A stretch of 64,000 nucleotides of DNA from Eledone cirrhosa (Eukaryota). Numbering within the stretch: position 1 is the stretch's first letter; each line of letters opens with the position of its first letter. Position numbers and translations under genes: made by a program. This document shows, piece after piece, positions 29,681 to 43,570 of the stretch. Under the pieces are notes generated by a model, which saw nothing but the letters and a program-made list of their open reading frames with translations, was not told the origin of the DNA and ran no database searches. Where the stretch lies: NCBI GenBank assembly GCA_964016885.1, contig OZ024766.1, positions 19,468,001-19,532,000 on the forward strand, in the 5' to 3' direction.

Positions 29681-29892
29681 ATATATTTGTGTTTAATTCA
29701 CCATTTTCAGACAATGAGATATTTTTTTGGTTATGGGTTCTCAGCCATATGGGTATATTTGTGTCTAGTTAAACTACTTGATACAGATAATGATTTACCT
29801 CAGATATCACAGTGGTATGGCTTATCTCCTGTATGGGTACGTTTGTCTGTAATTAATTGAAAACTTCGAGAGAATGTTTTACCTCAGATATC

Positions 29893-32016
29893 TCAGTGGT
29901 ATGGCTTGTCTCCTGGATGTGTACGTTTGTGTGTAATTAAGTGACTACTTTGAGAGAATGATGTACCACAGATATCACAGTGATATGGCTTGTCTCCTGT
30001 ATGTGTACGTTTGTGGCTAGTTAAGTTACCACTTTCAGAGAATGATTTACCACAGATATCACAGTGGTATGGCTTGTCTCCTGTATGTATACGTAAGTGT
30101 TTAGTTAAGGTACTACTTACAGAGAATGATTTACCACAGATATCACAGTGGTATGGCTTGTCTCCTGTATGGGTACGTTTGTGTGTAGTTAAACTACTTG
30201 ATACAGAGAACGATTTACCACAGATATCACAGTGGTATGACTTGTCTCCTGTATGGGTACATAAGTGTTTAATTAAGTTACTACTTCCAGAGAATGATAT
30301 ACCACAGATATCACAGTGGTATGGTTTGTCTCCAGTATGGGTACGTTCGTGTTTAGTTAAGGTACCACCTTCAGAGAATGATTTACCACAGATATTACAG
30401 TGGTATGACTTGTCTCCTGTATGGGGACGTAAATGTGTAGTTAACTTACTACTATCAGAGAATGATTTACCACAGATATCACAGTGGTATGGCCTGTCTC
30501 CTGTATGGGTATGTTTGTGTTTAGTTAAGGTACTACCTTCAGAGAATGATTTACCACAGATATCGCAGTGGTATGACATGTCTCCTGTATGTATACGTTT
30601 GTGGCAAGTTAAGTGGCTACTTTGAGAGAATGATTTACCACAGATTTCACAGTGGTATGGCTTGTCTCCTGTATGGGTACGTAAGTGTTTAGTTAAGGTA
30701 CTACTATCAGAGAATGATTTACCACAGATATCACAGTGGTATGGCTTGTCTCCTGTATGGGTATATTTGTGTCTAGTTAAACTACTTGATACAGAGAATA
30801 ATTTACCACAGATATCACAGTGGTATGGCTTGTCTCCTGTATGGGTATATTTGTGTCTAGTTAAACTACTTGAAACAGAGAATAATTTACCACAGATATC
30901 GCAGTGGTATGACTTGTCTCCTGTATGGGTACGTAAGTGTTTAGTTAAGGTACTACTATCAGAGAATGATATACCACAGATATCACAGTGGTATGGCTTG
31001 TCTCCTGTATGTATACGTTTGTGTCTAGTTAAGTGACTACTTTTAGAGAATGATATACCACAGATATCACAGTGGTGTGGCTTCTCTCCTGTATGTATAC
31101 GTTTGTGTCTAGTTAAGGTACCATTTATAAAGAATGATTTACCACAGATATCACAGTGGTATGGCTTGTCTCCTGTATGGGTACGTAAGTGTGAAGGTAA
31201 GTTACTACTATTAGAGAATGATTTACCACAGATTTCGCAGTGGTATGGCTTGTCTCCTGTATGTATACGTTTGTGTCTAGTTAAGTGACTACTTTTAGAG
31301 AATGATTCACCACAGATATCACAGTGGTATGGCTTGTCTCCTGTATGTATACGTTTGTGTCTAGTTAAGTGACTACTTTTAGAGAATGATTTACCACAGA
31401 TATCACAGTGGTATGGCTTGTCTCCTGTATGTATACGTATGTGTGTAGTTAAGTTACTACTTCGAGAGAATGATCTACCACAGATATCACAGTGGTATGG
31501 CTTGTCTCCTGTATGTATACGTTTGTGGGAAGTTAAGTTGCTACTTTGAGAGAATGATTTACCACAGATTTCGCAATGGTATGGCTTGTCTGCTGTATGT
31601 ATACGTATGTGTGTAGTTAAGTGACTACCTTTAGAGAATGATATACCACAGATATCACAGTGGTATGGCTTGTCTCCTGTATGTATATGTATGTGTGTAG
31701 TTAAGTGACTACTTCGAGAGAATGATTTACCACAGATATCACAGTGGTGTGGCTTCTCTCCTGTATGTATACGTTTGTGTCTAGTTAAGGTACTACTTTG
31801 AGAGAATGATTTACCACAGATATCGCAGTGGTATGGCTTGTCTCCTGTATGTGTACGTTTGTGTGGAATTAACTGACAATTTTGAGAGAATGATTTACCA
31901 CAGATATCACAGTGATATGGTTTCTCTCCTCTAGACTTTGGCATCTCTTCTGGAATAGCCATATCTCTAGACAATGTTTCACATTTCATCTTCTTCTCAC
32001 TCAATTTAGTTTCCAT
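29893..32016 (-). CDS. Poly-C2H2 zinc-finger protein, unit 5 (24 fingers plus 2 decayed fingers beyond the TGA)
   Basis: 707-aa ORF ending at a Cys-position TGA; the frame continues through two more fingers to TAA at ~29731. Confidence 0.88.
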   Translation of the reverse strand: METKLSEKKMKCETLSRDMAIPEEMPKSRGEKPYHCDICGKSFSQNCQLIPHKRTHTGDKPYHCDICGKSFSQSSTLTRHKRIHTGEKPHHCDICGKSFSRSSHLTTHIHIHTGDKPYHCDICGISFSKGSHLTTHIRIHTADKPYHCEICGKSFSQSSNLTSHKRIHTGDKPYHCDICGRSFSRSSNLTTHIRIHTGDKPYHCDICGKSFSKSSHLTRHKRIHTGDKPYHCDICGESFSKSSHLTRHKRIHTGDKPYHCEICGKSFSNSSNLPSHLRTHTGDKPYHCDICGKSFFINGTLTRHKRIHTGEKPHHCDICGISFSKSSHLTRHKRIHTGDKPYHCDICGISFSDSSTLTKHLRTHTGDKSYHCDICGKLFSVSSSLTRHKYTHTGDKPYHCDICGKLFSVSSSLTRHKYTHTGDKPYHCDICGKSFSDSSTLTKHLRTHTGDKPYHCEICGKSFSQSSHLTCHKRIHTGDMSYHCDICGKSFSEGSTLTKHKHTHTGDRPYHCDICGKSFSDSSKLTTHLRPHTGDKSYHCNICGKSFSEGGTLTKHERTHTGDKPYHCDICGISFSGSSNLIKHLCTHTGDKSYHCDICGKSFSVSSSLTTHKRTHTGDKPYHCDICGKSFSVSSTLTKHLRIHTGDKPYHCDICGKSFSESGNLTSHKRTHTGDKPYHCDICGTSFSQSSHLITHKRTHPGDKPYH

Positions 32017-33067
32017 GTTTCTTCTTCCCTTGGCAGAATTTACAGATGTTATTCTTGTCTTATTTTATATATTATATTCCTGAAGATATTACTTCTGCAA
32101 TATTTCCGTCAACGGTGATCTCAGTCAAGATCTGAAGATGATGCAAACTTCTTTCTGATCCAAGTTTAGTTAAGATTCAAAATCATCTTGTAAATATTTC
32201 AGATGTTGATGAAACAATACTTTTCCAAGAATTTTTCCAAGACACACAGTTCTGAGGAAATATTTCACACTAATTCTGCCATAGATTTATATAAACAGTG
32301 TTATATGAGTTCTGTATCAAAAGCTTTAGTCTTGAAATGATGATAAATAGAGGGGATGTATTCAAGATTAAAAAATAATTTTATCCCAATGTCATCTGAT
32401 ATTCTGAAATAAGAAAGAAACAGTATGAGATAATAGAGAATACTTTAGAAACAGAGATAGATTTAACATTGGAAATTTTATATTTCTATATTGATAAACT
32501 GTAGATATCAACTTTCCTGTCCAGAGTTATTCTCTCCAATGTAAGCAGTGATATTCCACGATGCTCTATAAACTATATCCTTCTAACTCTTGGGAGGTCT
32601 GCCCTATAGCCTTTACCCAAGAACTTCATTCTTATATGACATTCTAACATGGTAATTGTCTGAGACCTGAGATGTGTAACTTGACAGTTCCTTGGGTAAT
32701 AGTTCTTTCTACCTGGAAGGGGAAAAGTGCTGTGTAATTGCTTGATAACAGTCAAAGGATTCTCACACATGGCAACCCTAGGCACCCCAAAAACATGACT
32801 TGTGTTAGGCTTGTAGACACAATTAGTGGGAATTTTTATTCGTAGGGATTACATAATTTTAGCGCTATTTTTTTTCTTTTCACTCATCAACCACTTTACA
32901 GCAAGGACTGGGTGTATTGTTTGTGGCACTAGAGAGGTTATTTTACTGGTCTTAAGAGCTCATATACATACATATATATATACATATGTATAGATATTTA
33001 TATATATATACATATGTATATATACATATATATATACATACATGTATATATACATATGTATATATAC

Positions 33068-33098
<31 letters not shown>

Positions 33099-33357
33099 CA
33101 TATAAATCACACCAGAGATAGAAAACCAGAATTAGTCATTTAGTTTTCATAATGAGACCACAACCCGTCCTATTTATTTTAAATGGGTGGGGTGAATTAA
33201 GAGTGGGGTGGTGGTGTAAAAAATCTCAAAATTAAATGAGTGAGGGTGGGGGAAAATTATTTGAGACCTAAGTGAAGGTAGAGGACAATTATTTGAGACC
33301 AAAGTGAGGGTGGGGAACGATTATTTCGGACCAAAGTTAGAGTGGGGGACAATTATT

Positions 33358-34216
33358 TGAGCTACACACACATCTGAGTTATACACACATCTACTGAGTT
33401 ATACACACATCTACTGAGTTACATACACATCTACTGAGTTACACACAATCTACTGAGTTACACACACATCTACTGAGTTATACACACATCTACTGAGTTA
33501 TACACACATCTACTGAGTTACAGACACATCTGAGTTACACAAATGTCTACTGAGTTACATACACATCTACTGAGTTACACACACATCTACTGAGTTACAC
33601 ACACATCTAGTGAGTTACACACACATCTACTGAGTTACACACACATCTACTGAGTTACACACACATCTACTGAGTTACACACACATCTACTGAGTTACAT
33701 ACACAGCTACTGAGTTACACACATCTACTGAGTTACACACACATCAACTGAGTTACACACACATCTACTGAGTTACACACACATCTACTGAGTAACACAC
33801 ATCTGAGTTACACACACATCTACTGAGTTATACACACATCTACTGAGTTATACACACATCTAGTGAGTTACACACACATCTACTGAGTTACACACACATC
33901 TACTGAGTTACACACACATCTACTGAGTTACACACATCTACAGAGTTACACATATCTACTGAGTTACACACACATCTACTGATTTACACACACATCTACT
34001 GAGTTATACACACATCTACAGAGTTATACACACATCTACTGAGTTACACACACATCTGAGTTATACACACATCTACTGAGTTATACACACATCTACTGAG
34101 TTATACACACATCTACTGAGTTATACACATCTACATAGTTACACACACATCTACTGAGTTACACACACATCTACTGAGTTACACACACATCAACTGAGTT
34201 ACACACACATCTACTC
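33358..34216 (+). repeat. 20-bp minisatellite, unit 5
   Basis: Same consensus. Confidence 0.97.
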
Positions 34217-34912
34217 ATACATATTTATAAATAGACACATTATACAAAATAATTATTAAATACACTAATATCTATGAATGATTGAGGAATAGCTGGTGAA
34301 ACAGTATAGCAATATGTGTTTCACCCCTTTTGGTGTTACCGGCTACATAGCCTATCCGTATTCTTATATCAGATGTGTAGGTGTATTATCTTGTCTAGTA
34401 TGTATAATGTATGTATGTATACAATATATATACACATATATATATGCATATATACATGAATACATATATATATATATATAGACATATATTTATACATACA
34501 TATTTATATATACTTTATATATATATACTTTATATATATATATATATACTTTATATATATATATATACTTTATATATATAAAGTATATAAATATTTAGAC
34601 AGAAAATACGGGAAAAATTAGTCAAAAATATTTTAAATATAAAACGGAATAAATTAATGAAAGAAACGTAAAAAAGATAAAAATTGTTGAAATACCTTGA
34701 AAATATAAAATATAGAAGAAAGAGACAGGAATTGATTGAGTTTGAAGTAAATTAATGAATGAACGAAAGTAGGTGGGGCAGGAACAGGAAGTAAAGACAG
34801 TAGAGTCTCGCAGTGAATGGTAAAGTTTAGAGTAAGAATTATTTTATTCCTGGTTGTATAAATAACATTACAAATTATACTGATACGAATAATGTGCTGT
34901 AGTAAATATACA

Positions 34913-34970
<58 letters not shown>

Positions 34971-35085
34971 GTCCGAACAGCAAGTACAGTCTCGCAGTGA
35001 ATGGTAAGTGTTAGGGGAAGAATTATTTTACTCCTGGTTGTATTAATAACATTACAAATATCAAATAGATAAAAATATATATACG

Positions 35086-35120
<35 letters not shown>

Positions 35121-35287
35121 CAGGTCCGAAAAAGATATAGAGAAAGTACAGGTTCGCAGTGAATATCTCAAGAATTATTTTATTCCTAGTTTTGTAAATA
35201 ACATTACAAATTATGCTTAGACGAAGAATGTGGAGTAGTAAATATATATATATATATATACATACACATAAATATGTGTATATATAT

Positions 35288-35730
35288 AGAATTACCAATG
35301 AATGCGATGAAGAATTTAGTATAAAAGTTGTTCATCAAGGCTCTGTCCTTAGCCCCCTCCTATTTATTATTGCCCCTTCAGGCTAAAACAGAGGAGTTTA
35401 AGACTGGCTGCCCATGAGAACTTCTATACACAGATTATCTAACAGCTGAACTAGATAAGAAATTCCAAACATGGAAGCATGGCCTAGAATCAAAAGGCCT
35501 TAAAGTTAACTTGTCTAAGACTAAAGTTCTAGTATGTAGGAAGGAAAATAAGGCACAGGTGCCCTCTGGGAAATGGCCATGTTCAGTGTGTAGGAAAGGA
35601 GTAGGTAGAAATTCCATTTTATGTCCCAAATACAAACTATGGGTACATAACAGACGTACTGGGAACACAGGCCAGCTATCTAAGAAAGTAGATTTTATAT
35701 GTGGCTGATGCTCAGGTGCAATAAGTAGCA
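35288..35730 (+). mobile_element. Old RTE LINE RT fragment copy
   Basis: Same. Confidence 0.88.
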
Positions 35731-36639
35731 AGTTCCAGACGTTGGACCTTCAATGTATCCATACCCAGGGAGGCAAGGCATTCAGAGTATGGTAGATGGT
35801 TGATGGAGCGTATTCACTTGGTTGCACGTCTCTAAACAATTTCCAGGAGGTCAATGTTCTGAGCAAGACAGGGGTTCCAGACTGGTGATGCAATTTCTAA
35901 GTGTGGCCACACCATAGCTATTTACAGCTTTAAATAGATAGATAAATGCATGGTCGTACACATGTACACAGCCAGCTTTAGTTGCCAGTCCGTGGTTCAT
36001 TGCTGCATTGTGTCCAGATCTAGTGTTCAGGATCTGTCCTTTTTATCTCAAGGGACAGCTTGATGTCATCTGCATATTTCAGTACTGTGACATACTTTAA
36101 GTTGCCACCTATGTCATTAATAGATGTGTAACGGAATTCTCCTATAAATTACCTGGCGAAGATTCAAAACCGAATCTAAAAGTTCTCGCATCTGGGACCA
36201 CCTATCGTTGCGAGTTTCCCACCATTGTCCTGTCAAGAGACAACAATGATAAACATACATGCCACTTGACCTGTGACCCCAGCTTCAAGATAGCTGAAAC
36301 TCACATGGCTACTCATAAATCAACCCCGTATACACATCTAGCTATAGGGTTATTATAAATACAAGTACAAAGGGAATCCAGCAGCCAGACCACGAAGCAG
36401 TAGTCCTTAAGACAATAATGATGTGAAACATTCACATTCTACAGACCTCTTGGGGTCTGCAGACTTCTACTGACCTTTTACTCTGTCTCTCTTGGTTACA
36501 ACTTCTACAAATAAAATGAAAGGAGAAGAATTTCTTAGTAAAACAGTTTTATTCAAAATATTAACATTGGTGGCACTATTTTGGGTGAGTGATATGGTTT
36601 TTATCTTGTCTGATTGTGTTGCATTAAGTAATCTTTACA

Positions 36640-37240
36640 AGAGAATGATTTACCACAGACATCACAGTGATATAGTTCCTCTCCTGTATATGTTAGTGTG
36701 TAGGGAAGCCCCAACATTTAGACAATGATTTACCAGACATCACAGTGATATGGTTCCTCTCCTGTATATGTTAGTGTCTCTAGTGAAGCCACAACATTTA
36801 GAGAATGATTTACTGCAGACATTACAGTGATATGGTTCCTCTCCTGTATATGTTAGTGTCTAGTGAAGCCACAACATTTAGACAATGATTTTCTGCAGAC
36901 ATTACAGTGATATGGTTCCTCTCCTGTATATGTTAGTGTCTAGTGAAGCCACAATATTTAGAGAAGGATATACTGCAGACATTACAGTGATATAGTTCCT
37001 CTCCTGTAAATGTTAGTGCCGAATGAAGTGAGTTATTTCAGAGAATGATTTCCCACAGATATCACAGTGATATGGTTTCTCTCCTGTACGTATATGTTTG
37101 TGTCTAATTGAATAAGCTATCATGGATAACAATTTACCACAAATATTACAGTGATTGGCTTTTCTCCAGTATATATATGTTTGTATGAAGTTAAGTAGCA
37201 ATGAAAGAGAATAGCCCAGTGGCATGGCTTCTCATATGAA
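36640..37240 (-). pseudogene. Degenerate zinc-finger relic / 80-bp satellite, unit 6 (5 motifs)
   Basis: Motif at ~36676, 36754, 36836, 36916, 36996. Confidence 0.85.
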
Positions 37241-37292
37241 TGTATTTGTGTTTAATTTACCATTGTCAGACATTCAGATATTTTTTTAGTTA

Positions 37293-37385
<93 letters not shown>

Positions 37386-39401
37386 TCATGTATGGGTATG
37401 TAAGTGTTTAGTTAAGTAACTACTATCAGAGAATGATTTACCACAGATATCACAGTGGTATGGCTTGTCTCCTGTATGCATACGTTTGTGGCAAGTTAAG
37501 TTGCTACTTTGAGAGAATGATTTACCACAGATTTCGCAGTGGTATGGCTTGTCTGCTGTATGTATATGTTTGTGTCTAGTTAAGGTACTACTAACAGAGA
37601 ATGATATACCACAGATATCACAGTGGTATGGCTTGTCTCCTGTATGTATACGTACGTGTGTAGTTAAGTGAGTACTTTGAGAGAATGATTTACCACAGAT
37701 ATCACAGTGGTGTGGCTTGTCTCCTGTATGCATATGTTTGTGGCAAGTTAAGTTGCTACTTCGAGAGAATGATTTACCACAGATTTCGCAGTGGTATGGC
37801 TTGTCTGCTGTATGTATACGTTTGTGTCTAGTTAAGGTACTACTAACAGAGAATGATTTACCACAGATATCACAGTGATATGGCTTGTCTCCTGTATGTA
37901 TACGTTTGTGTGTAGTTAAGTGGCTACATTGAGAGAATGATTTACCACAGATTTCGCAGTGGTATGGCTTGTCTGCTGCATGTATACGTTTGTGTTTAGT
38001 TAAGTGACTACTAACAGAGAATGATATACCACAGATATCACAGTGGTATGGCTTGTCTCCTGTATGTATACGTATGTGTGTAGTTAAATGACGACTATCA
38101 GAGAATGATTTACCACAGATATCGCAGTGGTATGGCTTTTCTCCTGTATGTATACGTTTGTGGCAAGTTAAGGTACTACTAACAGAGAATGATTTACCAC
38201 AGATATCGCAGTGGTATGGCTTGTCTCCTGTATGTATACGTTTGTGTGGAATTAACTGACCACTTTTAGAGAATGATTTACCACAGACATCACAGTGGTA
38301 TGGCTTGTCTCCTGTATGGGTACGTAAGTGTGAAGTTAAGGTACCACTTTCAGAGAATGATTTACCACAGATATCACAGTGGTATGGCTTGTCTCCTGTA
38401 TGTATACGTTTGTGTCTAGTTAAGGTACTACTAACAGAGAATGATATACCACAGATATCACAGTGGTATGGCTTGTCCCCTGTATGTATACGTATGTGTG
38501 TAGTTAAGTGACTACTATCAGAGAATGATTTACCACAGATATCACAGAGGTGTGGCTTCTCTCCTGTATGTATACGTTTGTGGGAAGTTAAGTTGCTACT
38601 TTGAGAGAATGATTTACCACAGATTTCGCAGTAGTATGGCTTCTCTGCTGTATGTATATGTTTAGATAAGGTACTACTATCAGAGAATGATATACCACAG
38701 ATATCACAGTGGTATGGCTTGTCTCCTGTATGTATATATTTGTGGCAAGTTAAGTGGCTACTTTGAGAGAATGATTTATTACAGATATCACAGTGGTGTG
38801 GCTTGTCTCCTGTGTGTATACGTTTGTGTCTAGTTAAGGTACTACTTTGAGAGAATGATTTACCACAGATATCGCAGTGGTATGGCTTGTCTCCTGTATG
38901 TGTACGTTTGTGTGGAATTAACTGAGCATTTTGAGAGAATGATTTACCACAGATATCACAGTGGTATGGCTTGTCACCTGTATGTATATGTTTGTGGCTA
39001 GTTAAGGTACTCCTAACAGAGAATGATTTACCACAGATTTCGCAGTGGTATGGCTTGTCTCTTGTATGTGTACGTTTGTGGCAAGTCAAGTTACTACTAT
39101 CAGAGAATGATCTACCACAGATATCACAGTGGTATGGCTTGTCTCCTGTATGTATACGTTTGTGTCTAGTTAAGTCACTATTTTGAGAGAATGATTTACC
39201 ACAGATATCACAATGGTATGGCTTGTCTCCTATATGTGTACGTTTGTGTGGAATTAACTGACCATTTTGAGAGAATGATTTACCACAGACATCACAGTGA
39301 TATGGTTTCCCCCCTGTAGACTTTGGCATCTCTTCTGGAATAGCCATATCTCTAGACAATGTTTCACATTTAATCTTCTTCTCACTCAATTTAGTTTCCA
39401 T
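37386..39401 (-). CDS. Poly-C2H2 zinc-finger protein, unit 6 (23 fingers; one more lies beyond GGA>TGA)
   Basis: 671-aa ORF; sister of unit 2 (shared KHIHT finger and HIGDKP linker). Confidence 0.88.
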   Translation of the reverse strand: METKLSEKKIKCETLSRDMAIPEEMPKSTGGKPYHCDVCGKSFSQNGQLIPHKRTHIGDKPYHCDICGKSFSQNSDLTRHKRIHTGDKPYHCDICGRSFSDSSNLTCHKRTHTRDKPYHCEICGKSFSVRSTLTSHKHIHTGDKPYHCDICGKSFSQNAQLIPHKRTHTGDKPYHCDICGKSFSQSSTLTRHKRIHTGDKPHHCDICNKSFSQSSHLTCHKYIHTGDKPYHCDICGISFSDSSTLSKHIHTAEKPYYCEICGKSFSQSSNLTSHKRIHTGEKPHLCDICGKSFSDSSHLTTHIRIHTGDKPYHCDICGISFSVSSTLTRHKRIHTGDKPYHCDICGKSFSESGTLTSHLRTHTGDKPYHCDVCGKSFSKSGQLIPHKRIHTGDKPYHCDICGKSFSVSSTLTCHKRIHTGEKPYHCDICGKSFSDSRHLTTHIRIHTGDKPYHCDICGISFSVSSHLTKHKRIHAADKPYHCEICGKSFSQCSHLTTHKRIHTGDKPYHCDICGKSFSVSSTLTRHKRIHTADKPYHCEICGKSFSRSSNLTCHKHMHTGDKPHHCDICGKSFSQSTHLTTHVRIHTGDKPYHCDICGISFSVSSTLTRHKHIHTADKPYHCEICGKSFSQSSNLTCHKRMHTGDKPYHCDICGKSFSDSSYLTKHLHTHT

Positions 39402-40456
39402 GTTTCTTCTTCCCTTGGCAGAATTTACAGATGTTCTTCTTGTCTTATTTTATATATTATATTCCTGAAGATATTTCTTCTGCTATATTTCCGGCAACGG
39501 TGATCTCAGTCAAGATCTGAAGATGATGCAAACTTCTTTCTGATCCAAATTTAGTTAAGATTCAAAATCATCTTGTAAATATTTCAGATGCTGATGAAAC
39601 AATACTTTTCCAAGAATTTTTCCAAGACACACAGTTCTGAGGAAATATTTCACACTAATTCTGCCATAGATTTATATAAACAATGTTATATGAGTTCCTT
39701 ATCAAAACCTTTAGTCTTGAAATGATGATAAATAGAGGGGATGTATTCAAGATTAAAAATCTAATTTTATCCCAATGTCATCTGATATTCTGAAATAAGA
39801 AAGAAACAGTATGAGATAATAGAGAATACTTTAGAAACAGAGATAGATTTAACATTGGAAATTTTATATTTCTATATTGATAAACTTTAGATATCAACTT
39901 TCCTGTCCAGAGTTATTCTCTCCAATGTAAGCAGTGATATTCCACGATGCTCTATAAACTATATCCTTCTAACTCTTGGGAGGTCTGCCCTATAGCCTTT
40001 ACCCAAGAACTTCATTCTTATATGACATTCTAACATGGTAATTGTCTGAGACCTGAGATGTGTAACTTGACAGTTCCTTGAGTAACAGTTCTTTCTACCT
40101 GGAAGGGGAAAAGTGCTGTGTAATTGCTTGATGACAGTCAAAGGATTCTCACACATGGCAACCCTAGGCACCCCAATAACATGACTTGTGTTAGGTTTGT
40201 AGACACAATTAGTGGGAATTTTTATTCGTAGGGATTACATAATTTTAGCGCTATTTTTTTTTTTTCTGTTTGGATGCCTTTCCACTCATCAACCACTTTA
40301 CAGCAAGGACTGGGTGTATTGTTTGTTCACTAGAGAGGTTATTTTACTGGTCTTAAGCTCATATACATACATATATAGATTTATATATATATACATACAT
40401 ATATATATACATATGTATAGATATTTATATATATACATATGTATATATATATATAA

Positions 40457-41260
40457 TCAGGGAAATGGCCATGTTCGATATGCAGAAAAGGAACTGGCAT
40501 AAATTCTATAAAATGCACACAATGTAGGTCCTGGGTACACAAGAGATGTAGCGGGATAGCAGGCAAACTAACAGGTAGGGAGAAATATGTATGCAGTAGA
40601 TGTACAGGGAAATTAGACAGTAGAAGTCGCACTGATAGACACATTTTTCAAATGCGAGAGGGCGCTATAGAAGTGGTGGATAGCTTCCGGTACCTAGGAG
40701 ATCAGATTAGCATGGGAGGAGGGTGTTCCGAGGCCATAGTATCTAGAATAAGGACGGGTTGGAAGAAGTTTAGGGAGCTGCTTCCTCTGTTGACGAAGAA
40801 GGGTTTCTCCCTGCGTACGAAAGGCTGGTTGTATGATGCCTGTGTGAGGAGCGCGATGCTGCATGGTAGTGAGACATGGGCAGCTACCGCAGAAGATATG
40901 CGACGGCTGGAGAGAAATGAGGCAAGCATGCTCCGTTGGATGTGCAGTGTAAATGTGCGTGAACGACCCAGCATAAATGTGTTGAGAGAGAAACTGTGTC
41001 TGAGAGGGATAGAATGTAGTGTACGGGAGAGGAGACTGAGGTGGTATGGACATGTGATGCGCATGGAGGATGACCGATGGGTGAAGAAGTGCCAGGAAAT
41101 GCCAGTTGAAGGAAGACGTAGTAGAGGTAGACCACGAAAAACATGGGCGGAGGTGGTGAGAACAGACCTCAGATCATTGAAGCTCACGGTGGAGATGACG
41201 AGGGACCGTGACGAGTGGAGAGATGCTGTGCTAAATAAGACCCGTCCCACCCTTGCAAGC
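40457..41260 (+). mobile_element. Young 5'-truncated RTE-clade LINE fragment (Cys-rich insert + RT C-terminus) inside the TA tract
   Basis: Open frame [12 protein letters not shown]...WVHKRCSG...FRYLG...LHGSETW...[10 protein letters not shown]...GRPRKTW; more GC-rich than flanks; only in unit 6. Confidence 0.92.
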
Positions 41261-41274
41261 ATATATATATATAC

Positions 41275-41307
<33 letters not shown>

Positions 41308-41319
41308 CATATATAAATA

Positions 41320-41355
<36 letters not shown>

Positions 41356-41630
41356 CATATATATACATATATATATACATATATATACATATATATATAC
41401 ATATATATATACATATATATATACATATATATATATATACATATAAATTTCACCAGAGATAGAAAACCAGAATTAGTTATTTAGTTTACACAATGAGACC
41501 ACAACCCGTCCTATTTATTTTAAATGGGTGGGGTGAATTAAGAGTGGGGTGGTGGTGTAAAAAATCTGAAAATTAAATGAGGGTGGGGGAAAATTATTTG
41601 AGACCTAAACGAGGGTAGGGGACAATTATT

Positions 41631-42176
41631 TGAGCTACACACACATCTACTGAGTTACACACACATCTACTGAGTTACATACACATCTACTGAGTTACAT
41701 ACACATCTACTGAGTTACACACACATCTACTTAGTTACACACACATCAACTGAGTTACATACACATCTACTGAGTTATACACACATCTACTGAGTTACAC
41801 ACACATCTACCGAGTTATACACACATCTACTGAGTTATACACACATCTACTGAGTTAGACACACATCGGAGTTACATACACATCTACTGATTTACACACA
41901 TCGGAGTTACATACACATCTACTGAGTTACACACACATCTACTGAGTTATACACACATCTGAGTTACACACACATCTACTGAGTTACACACACATCTACT
42001 GGGTTATACACACATCTACTGAGTTATACACATCTACTGAGTAACACACACATCTACTGAGTTATACACATCTACTGAGTTACACACACATCTACTGAGT
42101 TATACACACATCTACTGAGTTATACACACATCTACTGAGTTATACACACATCTACTGAGTTATACACACATCTACT
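41631..42176 (+). repeat. 20-bp minisatellite, unit 6
   Basis: Same consensus. Confidence 0.97.
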
Positions 42177-42821
42177 TATACATTTTTATAAATAGACACA
42201 TTATACAAAATAATTATTATATACACACACATCTATGAATGATTGTGGAAGAGCTGGTGAAACACTATAGCAATGTGTTTCACCCATTTCGGTTTTACCG
42301 GCTACATAGCCTATCCGTATTCTTATATCAGATGTGAAGGTGTATTATCTTGTCTAGTATGTATAATGTATGTATGTATGTATATATACAATATATATAC
42401 ACATATATATATGCATATTTACATGAATACATATATATATATACACATATATTTATACTTTATATATATATATATATATATACATATATATACTTTATAT
42501 ATATAAAGTATATAAATATTTAGACAGAAAATACGGGAAAAATTAGTCAGAAATATTTTAAATATAAAACGGAATAAATTAATGAAAGAAACGTAAAAAA
42601 GATAAAAATTGTTGAAATACCTTGAAAATATAAAATATAGAAGAAAGAGGCAGGAATTGATTGAGTTTGAAGTAAATTAATGAATGAACGAAAGTAGGTG
42701 GGGCAGGAACAGGAAATAAAGATAGTACAGTCTCGCAGTGAATGGTAAGGTTGAGAGCAAGAATTATTTTATTCCTGGTTGTATAAATAAAATTACAAAT
42801 AGCACAAATATCAAATAGATA

Positions 42822-42860
<39 letters not shown>

Positions 42861-43127
42861 ACACCAGGTCCGAAAAAGAAATAGAGAAAGTACAGGTTCG
42901 CAGTGAATATCTCAAGAATTATTTTATTACTAGTTTTGTAAATAACATTACAAATTATACTTAGACGAAGAATGTGGAGTAGTAAATATATATATATATA
43001 CACATGAATATGTGTATATATATATATATACATACACATAAATATGTGTGTATATATATATACATACACATAAATATGTGTATATATATATACACATAAA
43101 TATGTGTATATATATATATATATATAT

Positions 43128-43570
43128 AATTACCAATGAATACAGTGAAGAATTTAGTATAAAAGTTGGTGTTCATCAAGGCTCTGTCCTTAGCCCCCTT
43201 GTATTTATTATTGCCCTTCAGGCTAAAACAGAGGAGTTTAAGACTGGCTGCCCATGGGAACTTCTATACACAGATGATCTAACAGCTGAACTAGATAAGA
43301 TATTCCAAACATGGAAGCATGGCCTAGAATCAAAAGGCCTTAAAGTTAACTTGTCTAAGACTAAAGTTCTAGTATGTAGGAAGGAAAATAGGGCACAGGT
43401 GCCCTCTGGGAAATGGCCATGTTCAGTGTGTAGGAAAGGAGTAGGTAGAAATTCCATTTTATTTCCCAAATACAAACTATGGGTACATAACAGACGTACT
43501 GGGAACACAGGCCAGCTATCTAAGAACGTAGATTTTATATGTGGCTGATGCTCAGGTGCAATAAGTAGCA
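43128..43570 (+). mobile_element. Old RTE LINE RT fragment copy (frame intact)
   Basis: ORF 43048-43548 spans QGSVLSP to YTDD to the Cys motif. Confidence 0.9.
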
